Below are positions 29,618-39,900 of a stretch of 64,000 bases of DNA, piece after piece; position 1 is the first letter of the stretch, and the number at the start of each line of letters is the position of its first letter. A program made the translations under genes and the position numbers. Where the stretch lies: contig CAZOZN010000002.1 in assembly GCA_964584335.1 (NCBI GenBank), positions 34,974-98,973 on the forward strand, written 5' to 3'. The notes beneath the pieces are model-generated. The model saw nothing but the letters and a program-made list of their open reading frames with translations, made no database searches and was not told the origin of the DNA. Origin of the DNA: an uncultured archaeon. Its GTDB lineage: Archaea > Aenigmatarchaeota > Aenigmatarchaeia > PWEA01 > JAGHBM01.

Positions 29618-30598
29618 TTAATCCATAGTATATGTTGGTTTTATTGTAACCATCCTTTCCTCATATAGAGGATAAACATAATCCTCTAATTTTGCGACAG
29701 CCTTGTATGTCTTTATATCACTAATATCAGCAGATTGTAAGTCACATCTTATAGGAGGAGATACTCCTTTTATTAAAGGTATGGGTGCATCGTTAACTAT
29801 TTCTGTGTCACTGACCACGTTTATCCAATTTACAGGATGGCATGAGTTAACAGTAAGACCGTTATCAAATTCAACACTAAACACACCAGAAGGAACTTCT
29901 TCATACATACCACTTCCTTCATCATGAATTCTGATTATTGCTGGTATAACTAAGTTTTCATCCACTGGTTGTTGGGTTTCAAAAAGCATTTCTATTTTTA
30001 ATGGTCCTCTTGACTGTGTCTGAACTGGAGTAATTGATATTTTCTCTCCAGCCCTATTTGCATTTATTAATCTATCATGGTCAATAACGGCTATATCCGA
30101 GGTCGTGTAGGAATCATATTCATATTCAACCTTAAAACGTATTGGACACTTCCCTTCCATTCTCCCCAGGTCTTCGTTAGTAGGTGCCTTGAATTGCCAT
30201 TCAACAAGTTCGGCGCCTCCTCCAGGATAAATTGTAGCACCTCCTATATCATTGCTTATATCCACTTCATCACATCTACCCCAGTCATAAACAGTTGCAT
30301 ATACATCTTCAGCGGCTTTTGCGCCCTCATCTGTGAGTCCTATATTGGTTACTATAAAAGAAATCGTGAAAGTAGAATCTGTAGTTTCAGTAGATGCAGA
30401 AACGGGCGGATTAGGTATTACCTCTATATCTTCTACCACAATAACATCAGTAGGAGCTTTTACTGTTTCAGTCTCAACTATACCAAGAGATTCGAAAACA
30501 GATTGCATACCGCCTCCCTCAACACAACCTGAAACAAAAATAACAGGAGATAAAATAAAAACAATACTCAAAACAGACAAAATTTCCTTTAAACTCAT
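29618..30598 (-). CDS. Lipoprotein of unknown function (paralog family A)
   Basis: Lipobox FVSGC; VTNIG, SRGPL motifs. Confidence 0.7.
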   Translation of the reverse strand: MSLKEILSVLSIVFILSPVIFVSGCVEGGGMQSVFESLGIVETETVKAPTDVIVVEDIEVIPNPPVSASTETTDSTFTISFIVTNIGLTDEGAKAAEDVYATVYDWGRCDEVDISNDIGGATIYPGGGAELVEWQFKAPTNEDLGRMEGKCPIRFKVEYEYDSYTTSDIAVIDHDRLINANRAGEKISITPVQTQSRGPLKIEMLFETQQPVDENLVIPAIIRIHDEGSGMYEEVPSGVFSVEFDNGLTVNSCHPVNWINVVSDTEIVNDAPIPLIKGVSPPIRCDLQSADISDIKTYKAVAKLEDYVYPLYEERMVTIKPTYTMD

Positions 30599-30644
30599 TT
30601 CACCACCTTTAATTTTTAATTTTTTGAATATAAAAGTTTCTTAT

Positions 30645-33242
30645 TTATTTTACACATTTTCCGTTGCTACATCCATTTGGACAATTATGTAAGTTTCTTG
30701 TTGCACTGCCACCTTCACAAACAGCTTCAGCAAGATTAGTTGCAGAATCCAAACAATCTCCACCAGAACTTTCCATACAACAATCATTATAAGTCGTATC
30801 TCCCTCAGTAGCTCTGGATTTTCTATAATAGTTATAACCACCATCATAATCCGTACAGTTAACGTCAACATAATTATTACTGTTACACTTTCCATTACTG
30901 CAACCATTCATACAATTGTAATTATGACTTGATACAGAATCTCCATCACAATCCCACTCGGTCAACTGATCACCACTACATGAATCAGTATGTCCTATAC
31001 CATCGGTTCCTGTTGCAGTTCCTTTGTTAAAGTGGTCTGGGCCGTTATCGCTATCCGTGCAAGATGATCCCCCGTCTCCACTATCTCCATCATCACCTTC
31101 AGAGGGTTCCCTACAATCTACCATATTCCAAGAACCACATAAACTTGAACAAGCACTGTTTCCACTACCGCACTCATAAATTCTAAGAGTTTTCATCTGC
31201 CCACTAGTTGGATCTTGACATATACATTCCATATAAGACCCAAAACTAACTTTCATTTTATTTTCAATTTTATCAACATAAGTATAATTAACCAAACCAG
31301 TCAATGCAAAAGTTTTCTGCTCTACGTCTATATTAGGTATCCTTGATATACATATAGCCTTTACAGGTTTTCCTATTGTTTCGTTTCCGTCCATGTACTC
31401 AGCCAAGCCTCTTAACTTCAAATCATTATCATCTCCAAGACTTGGTTCACAATAAGTATCTTCTGTTCCCTCTATATCGCTAACATCAACTCTTGCATAT
31501 TTTATATTATCAACATAACCATTAGCTACATTTTCCAAATAAAGCATAACCGGAACTTCCTCCAAATCATCTCTTACCGGCATGTTGTTTCTCATTAAAG
31601 CAATACCAAGTCTTACAGGACCACCAGTATCTTCTGTAACTTGTTCCTTTACATCCAATTTGCCGTTTCTATCAAGCCTATAATAATAAGATTTATTCAT
31701 TATCATTACATCTACAAGACCTTCAACACTCAAGTCATAACTTATATTTACACCGTAAGAAACATAATTACCACTAACAAGATTATCAATATTATATCTA
31801 AGAACTATTTCACGCATCTCTCCTGGTATTAATTTAGGTAAAGGACAACTTGGATTTGCTGTATTTCCATCTTCACATGTCATACTAACCGTACCAGCAA
31901 GAATCCTTTCCTCTTCCAAAGTACCCTGTGTATAGTATGGTTCTATTGGCGTTATACTTATATCATAAGCACTCCTGTCACCTTTATTTTCTATCCTACC
32001 AATAATCAAAACCTCGCCGGGTTTTTCTATATTTTCGTTACCGAAAATTTGTAAATCGGTTACCTCAACTGCTTTTATACTTCTCTTGGTATAAGTTTTT
32101 GGTTTATAATCCTGATAACATGCTATAGGATTAGCAAGACAAGAATAACCATATCCTAATGTTCCCAAAGGAGACCCTAGATTTTCCATTATAGGTCCCG
32201 CTATCTGGTCTATGTTATAATCAATTGTAGGCCACCAGTCACCAAAAACAGCTTCTCCCATTATATCAGGGTAAGCTATTGCTGTGCTTGCAAGAGCAAC
32301 AACAAGTATTGGTACGCCTATGAAAGTTTTTGCCTTGTCCACGGGGACGGAAGCGAGTATTCCCAAACCAACAACTGATGAGAATATTACAAAACCAACA
32401 AGACTGCTAGTGCCTGACTGTCCTAAGAACGAAACTGAACTAAGTGCAAGACCGCCTCCACCAAGAGCGCCCAGTATTATACCATTTACGTTTCTACCCA
32501 ACAAAAAACCAATACCCACCGAAACCGCAGCCATGACAATCCCGATTCCAATAGTGAAAAACTTAGTTAAATCAACAGATATGTCAGGAGCTGTAATAGA
32601 AAGTAAAAAAACTACCAAAGTAACAAAAACAAGGATAATAACAAGATACATAAAAAATTTTCCAATCTGACCAGCGTCTTTCTCCCCGGCAGATCTTCTA
32701 ACACCTTCACTTAATCTTTCCCCAACTTCGTAAAATTTTTGAAGCATTTTTGCTGAGACATCATTTCTACCCTGAACATCAACGGATGGTATAGTTATGA
32801 AAAATCCTGAAGCAATTAAAATAAGAGACCAAAACAAAGTCGGATTGCTTGAGCTAATATCTGAAAATATGTATCCGAATGTGATTACCATTAAAATTCC
32901 TAAAATCATTTTCAAAACAGAAAGACCGACTTCCTCGTCTGAAGAAACGCTATCAGAAGGCGAGCTCATTATTCCAACAGAAAGAACAAATAATGGTATA
33001 AACTTCAAAAACGGGAGAGGACCAAACATCAATAATGTCCCCAAGCTCAAAAAGATGAAACCACAAGACCTGAAAAAAGCCCTTACATAACCTATATACT
33101 CAAATGAATCAATGTTAAAAACAGAAGTGGGTTTTTCAGGATGATAACCTCCCTGATCTAACAAACCCGGTTTTTCAGCATGACAAATAGGACAAGGATA
33201 GCTACTTATTTCCTCTCCGCAGTTGAAACATCTCTTTGTCAT
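30645..33242 (-). CDS. Polytopic membrane protein: N-terminal zinc ribbon, about 8-9 TMs, family-A ectodomain, C-terminal Cys-rich repeats
   Basis: CFNC..CPIC; hydrophobic segments; CTDSDNG/CTDYDGG...NGCSNGKC repeats. Confidence 0.7.
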   Translation of the reverse strand: MTKRCFNCGEEISSYPCPICHAEKPGLLDQGGYHPEKPTSVFNIDSFEYIGYVRAFFRSCGFIFLSLGTLLMFGPLPFLKFIPLFVLSVGIMSSPSDSVSSDEEVGLSVLKMILGILMVITFGYIFSDISSSNPTLFWSLILIASGFFITIPSVDVQGRNDVSAKMLQKFYEVGERLSEGVRRSAGEKDAGQIGKFFMYLVIILVFVTLVVFLLSITAPDISVDLTKFFTIGIGIVMAAVSVGIGFLLGRNVNGIILGALGGGGLALSSVSFLGQSGTSSLVGFVIFSSVVGLGILASVPVDKAKTFIGVPILVVALASTAIAYPDIMGEAVFGDWWPTIDYNIDQIAGPIMENLGSPLGTLGYGYSCLANPIACYQDYKPKTYTKRSIKAVEVTDLQIFGNENIEKPGEVLIIGRIENKGDRSAYDISITPIEPYYTQGTLEEERILAGTVSMTCEDGNTANPSCPLPKLIPGEMREIVLRYNIDNLVSGNYVSYGVNISYDLSVEGLVDVMIMNKSYYYRLDRNGKLDVKEQVTEDTGGPVRLGIALMRNNMPVRDDLEEVPVMLYLENVANGYVDNIKYARVDVSDIEGTEDTYCEPSLGDDNDLKLRGLAEYMDGNETIGKPVKAICISRIPNIDVEQKTFALTGLVNYTYVDKIENKMKVSFGSYMECICQDPTSGQMKTLRIYECGSGNSACSSLCGSWNMVDCREPSEGDDGDSGDGGSSCTDSDNGPDHFNKGTATGTDGIGHTDSCSGDQLTEWDCDGDSVSSHNYNCMNGCSNGKCNSNNYVDVNCTDYDGGYNYYRKSRATEGDTTYNDCCMESSGGDCLDSATNLAEAVCEGGSATRNLHNCPNGCSNGKCVK

Positions 33243-33249
33243 ATTATCA

Positions 33250-34626
33250 CTAAATTTTACTCAAGCCGAAAAATATTATTCCCACTCCTATTAGTGTTGC
33301 CCCCAGCTGGTTTGTGTATGGGCCCAAGACCAAAGATACCAAAAGACCTAAAACCAAAGATGTTACAATAGGAGTTATAGATGAATGCAAAATGCCCACA
33401 CTAGTACCTTCCAAGCCTTTCTTATCTGGATAAAAATCATACCCAGATCCTATAAAACCGCACGAATTGCATGCAATTTTACCATCGGCGTCATATCTTA
33501 AATTATGGGAACCGCATTTGGGGCATTTTCCTCCACTTGGTTTTTCTCGATTTGTTGTCTTTTTATCTTTTTCCTCATCTTTTTTCCTTTGAGACTCTAT
33601 TTTTTTCTCCGTCATATCGAAAAACTTACCTGATTGTTCCAAAGCTTTTTCTTTCTCTAACTTTTTCTCAGTTTGTTCAAAAAACTTTCCGGTATCTTTC
33701 AGAGCTTGATCATACTCATTTCTCTGTAAATCAAGCAATTTTTTTCTTGCTCTTTCATTTTCTTTTTCAGTCCTTTCAAACCAATCACCGGCCTCTTTGT
33801 AAGCAGCCGGTATTTTTTTCTTTTCTCTTCGTGTAGAAACTCCACTATCCTTTCTCCTAATTAATTTACCAATACTAGGTTTTTCATATTTTTTTGAACT
33901 ATATTTTTTCAATAGATCTTTGGATACATTAGGAGGTTTATTCATATCCCCGACAGACTTAGATTCAACTCTTTTTCTGTGTCTTTCCTTTTCAGCCTCT
34001 CTTTCCAACAAAAATTTATTCAATATCTCGTACTGTTCCTCGGTTATCTTGCCTTCGTCAGCAAAAACTCTTATAAGCAGCCTTAAACTACTAAAATCTT
34101 CAAGTTGTGAATTAGAAATAATATTTTTTAATTTTACAACGGCTTTTGAACCCAAGACTTTTTTCTTTCTAAGTGCTTCTTCTTTTTTATTCAAAAATTC
34201 AAACAAATAATTTATATCATTATTACTAAGACCGGGTGATTTGGATATTATATCATTTAACAACTGGTCTCTGTCTACGTTTCCTTTGTTGATTTTTTTA
34301 ACATGTTTCTTAACAAAATTCCCGGGTCTTGTATCCTGATATGCTTCGGCTTCATAAGCTACCCATCTCATAGCCTTGTTTAATTCACTTCTCAGCTTTT
34401 CAAGCTCATAATCACTAAATTTATCAATATTATTTGTTATTTTCTCTCTGCAATATTTCAATTTGTTCATGTCTTTATTAGAAACGGCACTCTTTATCTG
34501 CTTTGATATGTGTTTATATTCGCTTCCCATTCCTTCACCTGAGGGTGCTCTTTTTATATTTAAGTTATTGGATTTCCTATTTTTAAGCTTTTTTTCTTTT
34601 ATAACAATTCCTTTGTTTTTAATCAA
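33250..34626 (-). CDS. Charged helical protein with zinc ribbon and C-terminal TM hairpin
   Basis: CPKCGS..IACNSCG; three G.(F/W)F..TEK repeats. Confidence 0.6.
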   Translation of the reverse strand: MIKNKGIVIKEKKLKNRKSNNLNIKRAPSGEGMGSEYKHISKQIKSAVSNKDMNKLKYCREKITNNIDKFSDYELEKLRSELNKAMRWVAYEAEAYQDTRPGNFVKKHVKKINKGNVDRDQLLNDIISKSPGLSNNDINYLFEFLNKKEEALRKKKVLGSKAVVKLKNIISNSQLEDFSSLRLLIRVFADEGKITEEQYEILNKFLLEREAEKERHRKRVESKSVGDMNKPPNVSKDLLKKYSSKKYEKPSIGKLIRRKDSGVSTRREKKKIPAAYKEAGDWFERTEKENERARKKLLDLQRNEYDQALKDTGKFFEQTEKKLEKEKALEQSGKFFDMTEKKIESQRKKDEEKDKKTTNREKPSGGKCPKCGSHNLRYDADGKIACNSCGFIGSGYDFYPDKKGLEGTSVGILHSSITPIVTSLVLGLLVSLVLGPYTNQLGATLIGVGIIFFGLSKI

Positions 34627-34666
34627 AGATAATCTTAATCACAGATATTGCTCCAATTTTTATATT

Positions 34667-35854
34667 TCATAAATCAACATGGAAATCTGATATAGTGTAG
34701 CCACCGCTTCCTGTTACCGAGAATATTACCTTGTTTTCACCAACCCCTGCATAGTTCTTAGGAAGCCTCAAGCTTATGGTATTTCCCTCGTCAAGAACAC
34801 CCTGCACAACAAGAGAATGTTTGTCTCCGTCAGGATTTTCTACAGTAGCTACAAGAGAAGTTGGTGTTTCAAATATTTTCTCTATCTTGAATTTTATTTC
34901 TCCCGGTAATCTTCTATGTTGAGAACCGGTCAAGTAGAAATTCATTTCAAGTTCTTCCGAAGCCTCTCTATCCCAGAATATAATTATTTCCGCATCTCTT
35001 GCTGTAAATTCGGTTCCCCTTTCAGAAGACATTTCAATCAAGTTATCTCCTTCTCTTATTATGTCTTCAAAATCAATCCACTGTATAAACCTGGGTGTAT
35101 CGCTGAAAACATTTACCCCATTAACATTAACAAAAAGTTTTCCGTCACCTTCTATTTCGTCAAAATTAATTATAATTCTTCCCAGATTTACCGGTGTTTC
35201 TTTTTCGCCTACATAAAAATTGAAACTTTGTGATACTGTTCCAACAAAGTCACTCTTCAGCTCAAGGTTCCTTAACTTATATACAGTGGGAGCCCACATT
35301 CTCCAGCCGCTGGACTCCGAAGTAACCAAAAATTCATTATCTTCTGAGAAAAAACTAATATCAATAGGTATTTCAAAACTTTCTCCGGTTTTAAGTGGCT
35401 CTGAGAAAATCTCTTTACCGTTTAAACCAAAAATCAATCTTCCGTAAAGATTTGTATCGTATACTTCTCCCAAAAGAGAAACAGATTTCATCTTGTTCAA
35501 ATCATCCTCGGTGAGAGAAAATATTTTATTATATTCTTTCGATTCGAGTATGCCGTTTTTAACTGTCAACTCATCCTCTTGTATAAAAGATTTCTTCTCT
35601 GTTACATAACTTATTTTGAAGGGTTTTCTCATAAGATATATGTGCCTCAAATCTTCAACTTCTCTGGTACCCACAAAATCATCTTCCGGTAGATTTATTT
35701 CGGGCTCGCTGACAGAACGATTGCTTCTCTCCGGAGGCACAAACCTGTAACTTGGACCAACAAGAAAATTACCACCATCCATCATCATGTAAAAACTAAA
35801 AAAAAGCAAGATACCTACTATAAAAACCTTTGTAAAATACGGGATTTTTCCCAT
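34667..35854 (-). CDS. Membrane-anchored beta-rich hypothetical protein
   Basis: N-terminal TM; repeated LNGKEIF/VNGVNVF...G.N jelly-roll-like units. Confidence 0.6.
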   Translation of the reverse strand: MGKIPYFTKVFIVGILLFFSFYMMMDGGNFLVGPSYRFVPPERSNRSVSEPEINLPEDDFVGTREVEDLRHIYLMRKPFKISYVTEKKSFIQEDELTVKNGILESKEYNKIFSLTEDDLNKMKSVSLLGEVYDTNLYGRLIFGLNGKEIFSEPLKTGESFEIPIDISFFSEDNEFLVTSESSGWRMWAPTVYKLRNLELKSDFVGTVSQSFNFYVGEKETPVNLGRIIINFDEIEGDGKLFVNVNGVNVFSDTPRFIQWIDFEDIIREGDNLIEMSSERGTEFTARDAEIIIFWDREASEELEMNFYLTGSQHRRLPGEIKFKIEKIFETPTSLVATVENPDGDKHSLVVQGVLDEGNTISLRLPKNYAGVGENKVIFSVTGSGGYTISDFHVDL

Positions 35855-35937
35855 GGGGGCGCCTCCTTTATTCTATTTATTTTATAGTACCGTCGTATAA
35901 ATATATAGGCCAAATGAAGCTGTTAAATGGTGAAATA

Positions 35938-36957
35938 ATGAAGATACTTAAAAAAGACTTAAAGAAAGGTCTGGTAAAAGTTAAAATAGAAACACCGGAT
36001 GACGCATGGAAATTAGAAAGTTTACTTGAAGAAGAGGATTTGATTAGTGCAAAATCTCCAAGAAGTATCGAAATATTAAGAGGCGACAAAAAAGAAAAGG
36101 CAGGCAAAAAATTGTTTTTTATCAAAATTTCTCTTGAAAAAAAAGAATTTCACGAATACTCAGGTAAGCTAAGACTTACTGGAAAAATAATAGAAGGTCC
36201 TGATAATACACTGGGTTCTTATCACACGATAACAGCAGAAGAAGGAAAAATAATAAACATAGAAAAAAACTGGAAAAAATGGCAGATAGAAAAGCTTAAA
36301 AAATCTTTGATAAAACAACCAAGATTATTGATATGCATAATGGATGAAAGAAAATCATCTTTTTTTGAAGTAACTGATAAAATAAAAAAAATATCTGACA
36401 TAAATAACGAAAAACCGGGCAAGCAATTTGGTGAAAGTGACTCAAAAAAATATTTTAAAGAGATAATTAATTTCTTAAAAAACAAAAAAGATTATGAGAA
36501 GATTATACTGGCAGGTCCCGGATTTACAAAAGAAGACCTTTATAAAGAAATAGATGGAAAAAACATAGAAATTAAAAAAAACATAAGTGTTGCATCTTGT
36601 TCACATGCAGGTGAAAACGGATTACAGGAAATAATAAAAAAAGGTGTTATAGATAAAATAACCAGAGAATCTAGGATTAGCTTTGAAACAAGAATAGTGG
36701 AAGATTTTTTTGATGAATTAAGTAAGGAAAATTCAATTGTTACTTACGGCAAGAACGAAGTAAAGGAGGCTGTTGAAATGGGTGCGGTAGAAAAACTTCT
36801 TGTATCCGAAAAAGAACTGAAAAAACACGAGAAACTAATGGATGAAGCCGAAAGAAAAGGAGCAGAAATATTGATAATATCAGAAGAACACGAATCAGGA
36901 CAAAAATTATCCAGGCTGGGTGGTATAGCTGCCTTTCTAAGATTTAAAATAAATTAA
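35938..36957 (+). CDS. pelA: mRNA surveillance protein Pelota
   Basis: DDAWKL, LRLTGKI..GP..GSYHT, LAGPGF.K, LGGIAAFLRF. Confidence 0.95.
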   Translation: MKILKKDLKKGLVKVKIETPDDAWKLESLLEEEDLISAKSPRSIEILRGDKKEKAGKKLFFIKISLEKKEFHEYSGKLRLTGKIIEGPDNTLGSYHTITAEEGKIINIEKNWKKWQIEKLKKSLIKQPRLLICIMDERKSSFFEVTDKIKKISDINNEKPGKQFGESDSKKYFKEIINFLKNKKDYEKIILAGPGFTKEDLYKEIDGKNIEIKKNISVASCSHAGENGLQEIIKKGVIDKITRESRISFETRIVEDFFDELSKENSIVTYGKNEVKEAVEMGAVEKLLVSEKELKKHEKLMDEAERKGAEILIISEEHESGQKLSRLGGIAAFLRFKIN

Positions 36958-39900
36958 AATTCTATGTATAGTTTACCGTCTTTCTTTCTTACTATACCCT
37001 TTATTACACCCCTTCCTTCATAGCCAGCGTGCCTACACAAGCCGCTTATCTGACCTGTTGAATCCTTTATCCTATAAAACATTCTATTCTCCTCTGGTAT
37101 GAATTCAGAATAAACTATTTTACCGTCAATCTTAACTCTTTTTCCTTTATATTTATCGGGTTCGGCTACTATATCCCCTATTCTTAACTTGTGGTCGGGC
37201 GGCGGAGTTGGTTTTATTTTAACTGGCTTGGGAGCTCCCCTTCCATGTTTTTTGAAGTATAGTTTTATACCAAAAATTATCAAAATAACCAATATTAAGG
37301 GTATAAGCCATATCATATCGATTTCATTTCTAGAAGACCTTCCGCAATCAGAAGGACAATCTTCTTCATCCTCGCCAAACTCACATATACCATTACCGCA
37401 AACTGTGTCGTCATCTTCTATGGGATTCTGGATTATGCTTGTTGTAGTTTCCCTTACTTTTCCCATTATTGCAAAATGAGAAAATCCCTCAAAATTCGAC
37501 TTATACTCTTTTTTATCGGCAATTTCCTTTATTTCTTCTGTCTCAAGTTCTTTCCATCCGCCATCATACTTCCAGAGACTTACAGTTCCTACGTTATTTT
37601 TTCTAATCCAGTCTTTATCAACAGAAAAGTAAAAATCTATATTATCTACTCTGTCATTAATATTGCTTGTATCAACTTTTAGATAATGGTAAAGTTTCCA
37701 GCCATCTCTGGATATTCTTGGGACCTCAAACACATGCCATTCATCAAGCTTTTCCATTATTACTTGAGCGTTGTATACTGTGTTTATTGGATAAAATACG
37801 ATTCTGTATACCATTCCGTTCCAATCTTCTATATCAACAGTCTTCATTATGTCTTTGGACATAGACAATCCATTAATCTCGACTCTGTCCTGAGACACAT
37901 TTATTGATGTTGCACCGGTATATCCACCAGAACTGCCCCCGCTTGTACCTCCTCCTCCACCACCATCTATAGTAGTCGTGGTGCTGGAGGTAGTTGTTGT
38001 AGTTTCAGTCATCTGAATTACTCCGCTGTGGGCCAATCCGGTTATGTTTAAAGTCGTGTTACTCTCTATGGAACAGGAATAACCGCCACTAGTTCCCGGA
38101 CAGTAAAGAGAAACTCCTCCCGCACAGTTTATGTCACTTGTCAAAACAGTTAATGAGACAGAATCTTCATCGTAAACGCAAACTCTAGAAGACGAATTTG
38201 TTTTGTTTAGGTAAACTGTTTTAGTTAATCCGTTTTGCATCTCAAGCCCGTTTATGACTAAGTATTCCATTTTGTTGCTAGTCTTTCCCTTAGTTATATT
38301 GATATACTGTAACTCAAGAGTGCTCTCACTGTAATTCCAATAAAATGAAGCAACAATTCCGTAAGAATCATGAATCACGGTGAATAATGTGCCTGAGAAT
38401 ATCTGATTGAGGTTGTAAGAACCATTAACAGAAATATTTATGCCTGCTGTATTGGTTTCAATCCATGTCTCATCGCCCGTAAGAGAATCCGAGCTGTCAA
38501 CTATGCCGTCGTTATCGTCATCCGTGTCATTTAGAATTGGATTTTCATCTCCATCCGGATCCAACAACCAATCTTGTAATGATACAGGAGTATTTTCATC
38601 AAGACTAATATTAATCAAATTCAAACCATCTGTGTAAATTATTATTTCATCTCCGCAATTAGAAGAGTTAAATTCCACTGGGAATTCTACATAACCGCCT
38701 GAAGTGCTGAAGTAGTTTGACTGCACTGTAACATTCAAATCAGAAAGTAAATTACCTTCTCCATTATAAGCATAAAATGGGTAGTGCCTTTCTATCTTTC
38801 CCGCACTTATAGATTGTTTACTTCCTACAGACAAATTGCCATAAATAACACTAGTTTCACCACTGTCTGTATCGGGTATTAGGACACCCGTGCTACAATT
38901 AGTGAAGTTTGATGATGAATTACCATCGAGTCTTAGAGTGCCTAAATAAGAGTCATAAAAGTTCACAGTTCCCTCGTTGTCGAACATTGTTATATAGGAA
39001 TTGTTAACATTCAATAATGAATCAGATAGAGAATAAACACTGACATTTCCTATCAAGACATTTGTGAAGTTCAAATTCATATCAGTCGTGTTTATGTAGC
39101 CGTTATTAACACCCTCTTTCAAATTAAATATTTCTCCAGTTCCATTTATGTAAAAGGTACTTGAGTTTATTGTAGAATTTATTATCTCACCGCTAGTCCT
39201 TCTAAACGTGGCCGACCCCACATTTTCGTTATCTAGCCTTAAATTCTGGTTACCATCTATGTTTAACGTTATTATAGTCTGCGGGCTGTTGTAAACCTCA
39301 AGGGTGGAATCTCCTTTGAGCTCTACTATATTAAGTGAAGTATTCCATGCTATGAATGTGCTGTTATCAGTCAGGTATAAAGTGTCATGAAGTATGGAAT
39401 TTCTTGCATAACCGGTGCTGTTATCCTTGAATCTTATAGGTATATTCAAAACCAAACTTGACATGTTCATGACCGTCTGGTCTGTTATGTTTAAATAATC
39501 AAGGTTGTTGAGTAGTGACTGGTCTGCCTTACTGCACTGTGCCGTTTGTGTTTGATTAAGAACCCAAGGCCCGGAGGAAGGCGGGTTACAATAATCTTCT
39601 GTAACATTTAATTTTATAGTGTTGCTGGGCTGGATTACACCAAAGGAATCGTTTGCATAAAATGTTACATATTCAACACCTACCCAATTATCATTTGGTG
39701 TGAAAGAAACCATGTGACCGTGGTCATAGTATTTATACAAATTAAAGTTTCTCCACTGAGAATTGGTTGATTGGTTAAAACTGTCATATTTCTGACTCAA
39801 TTCAATCTTTATTTTATTTGCCTGTGGTAAAGTAGTGTAATTAAAGCTAAGCCCTTTCCATGATGCTGTTGAATTAAATTCATATTGCTCTGAACCAATA

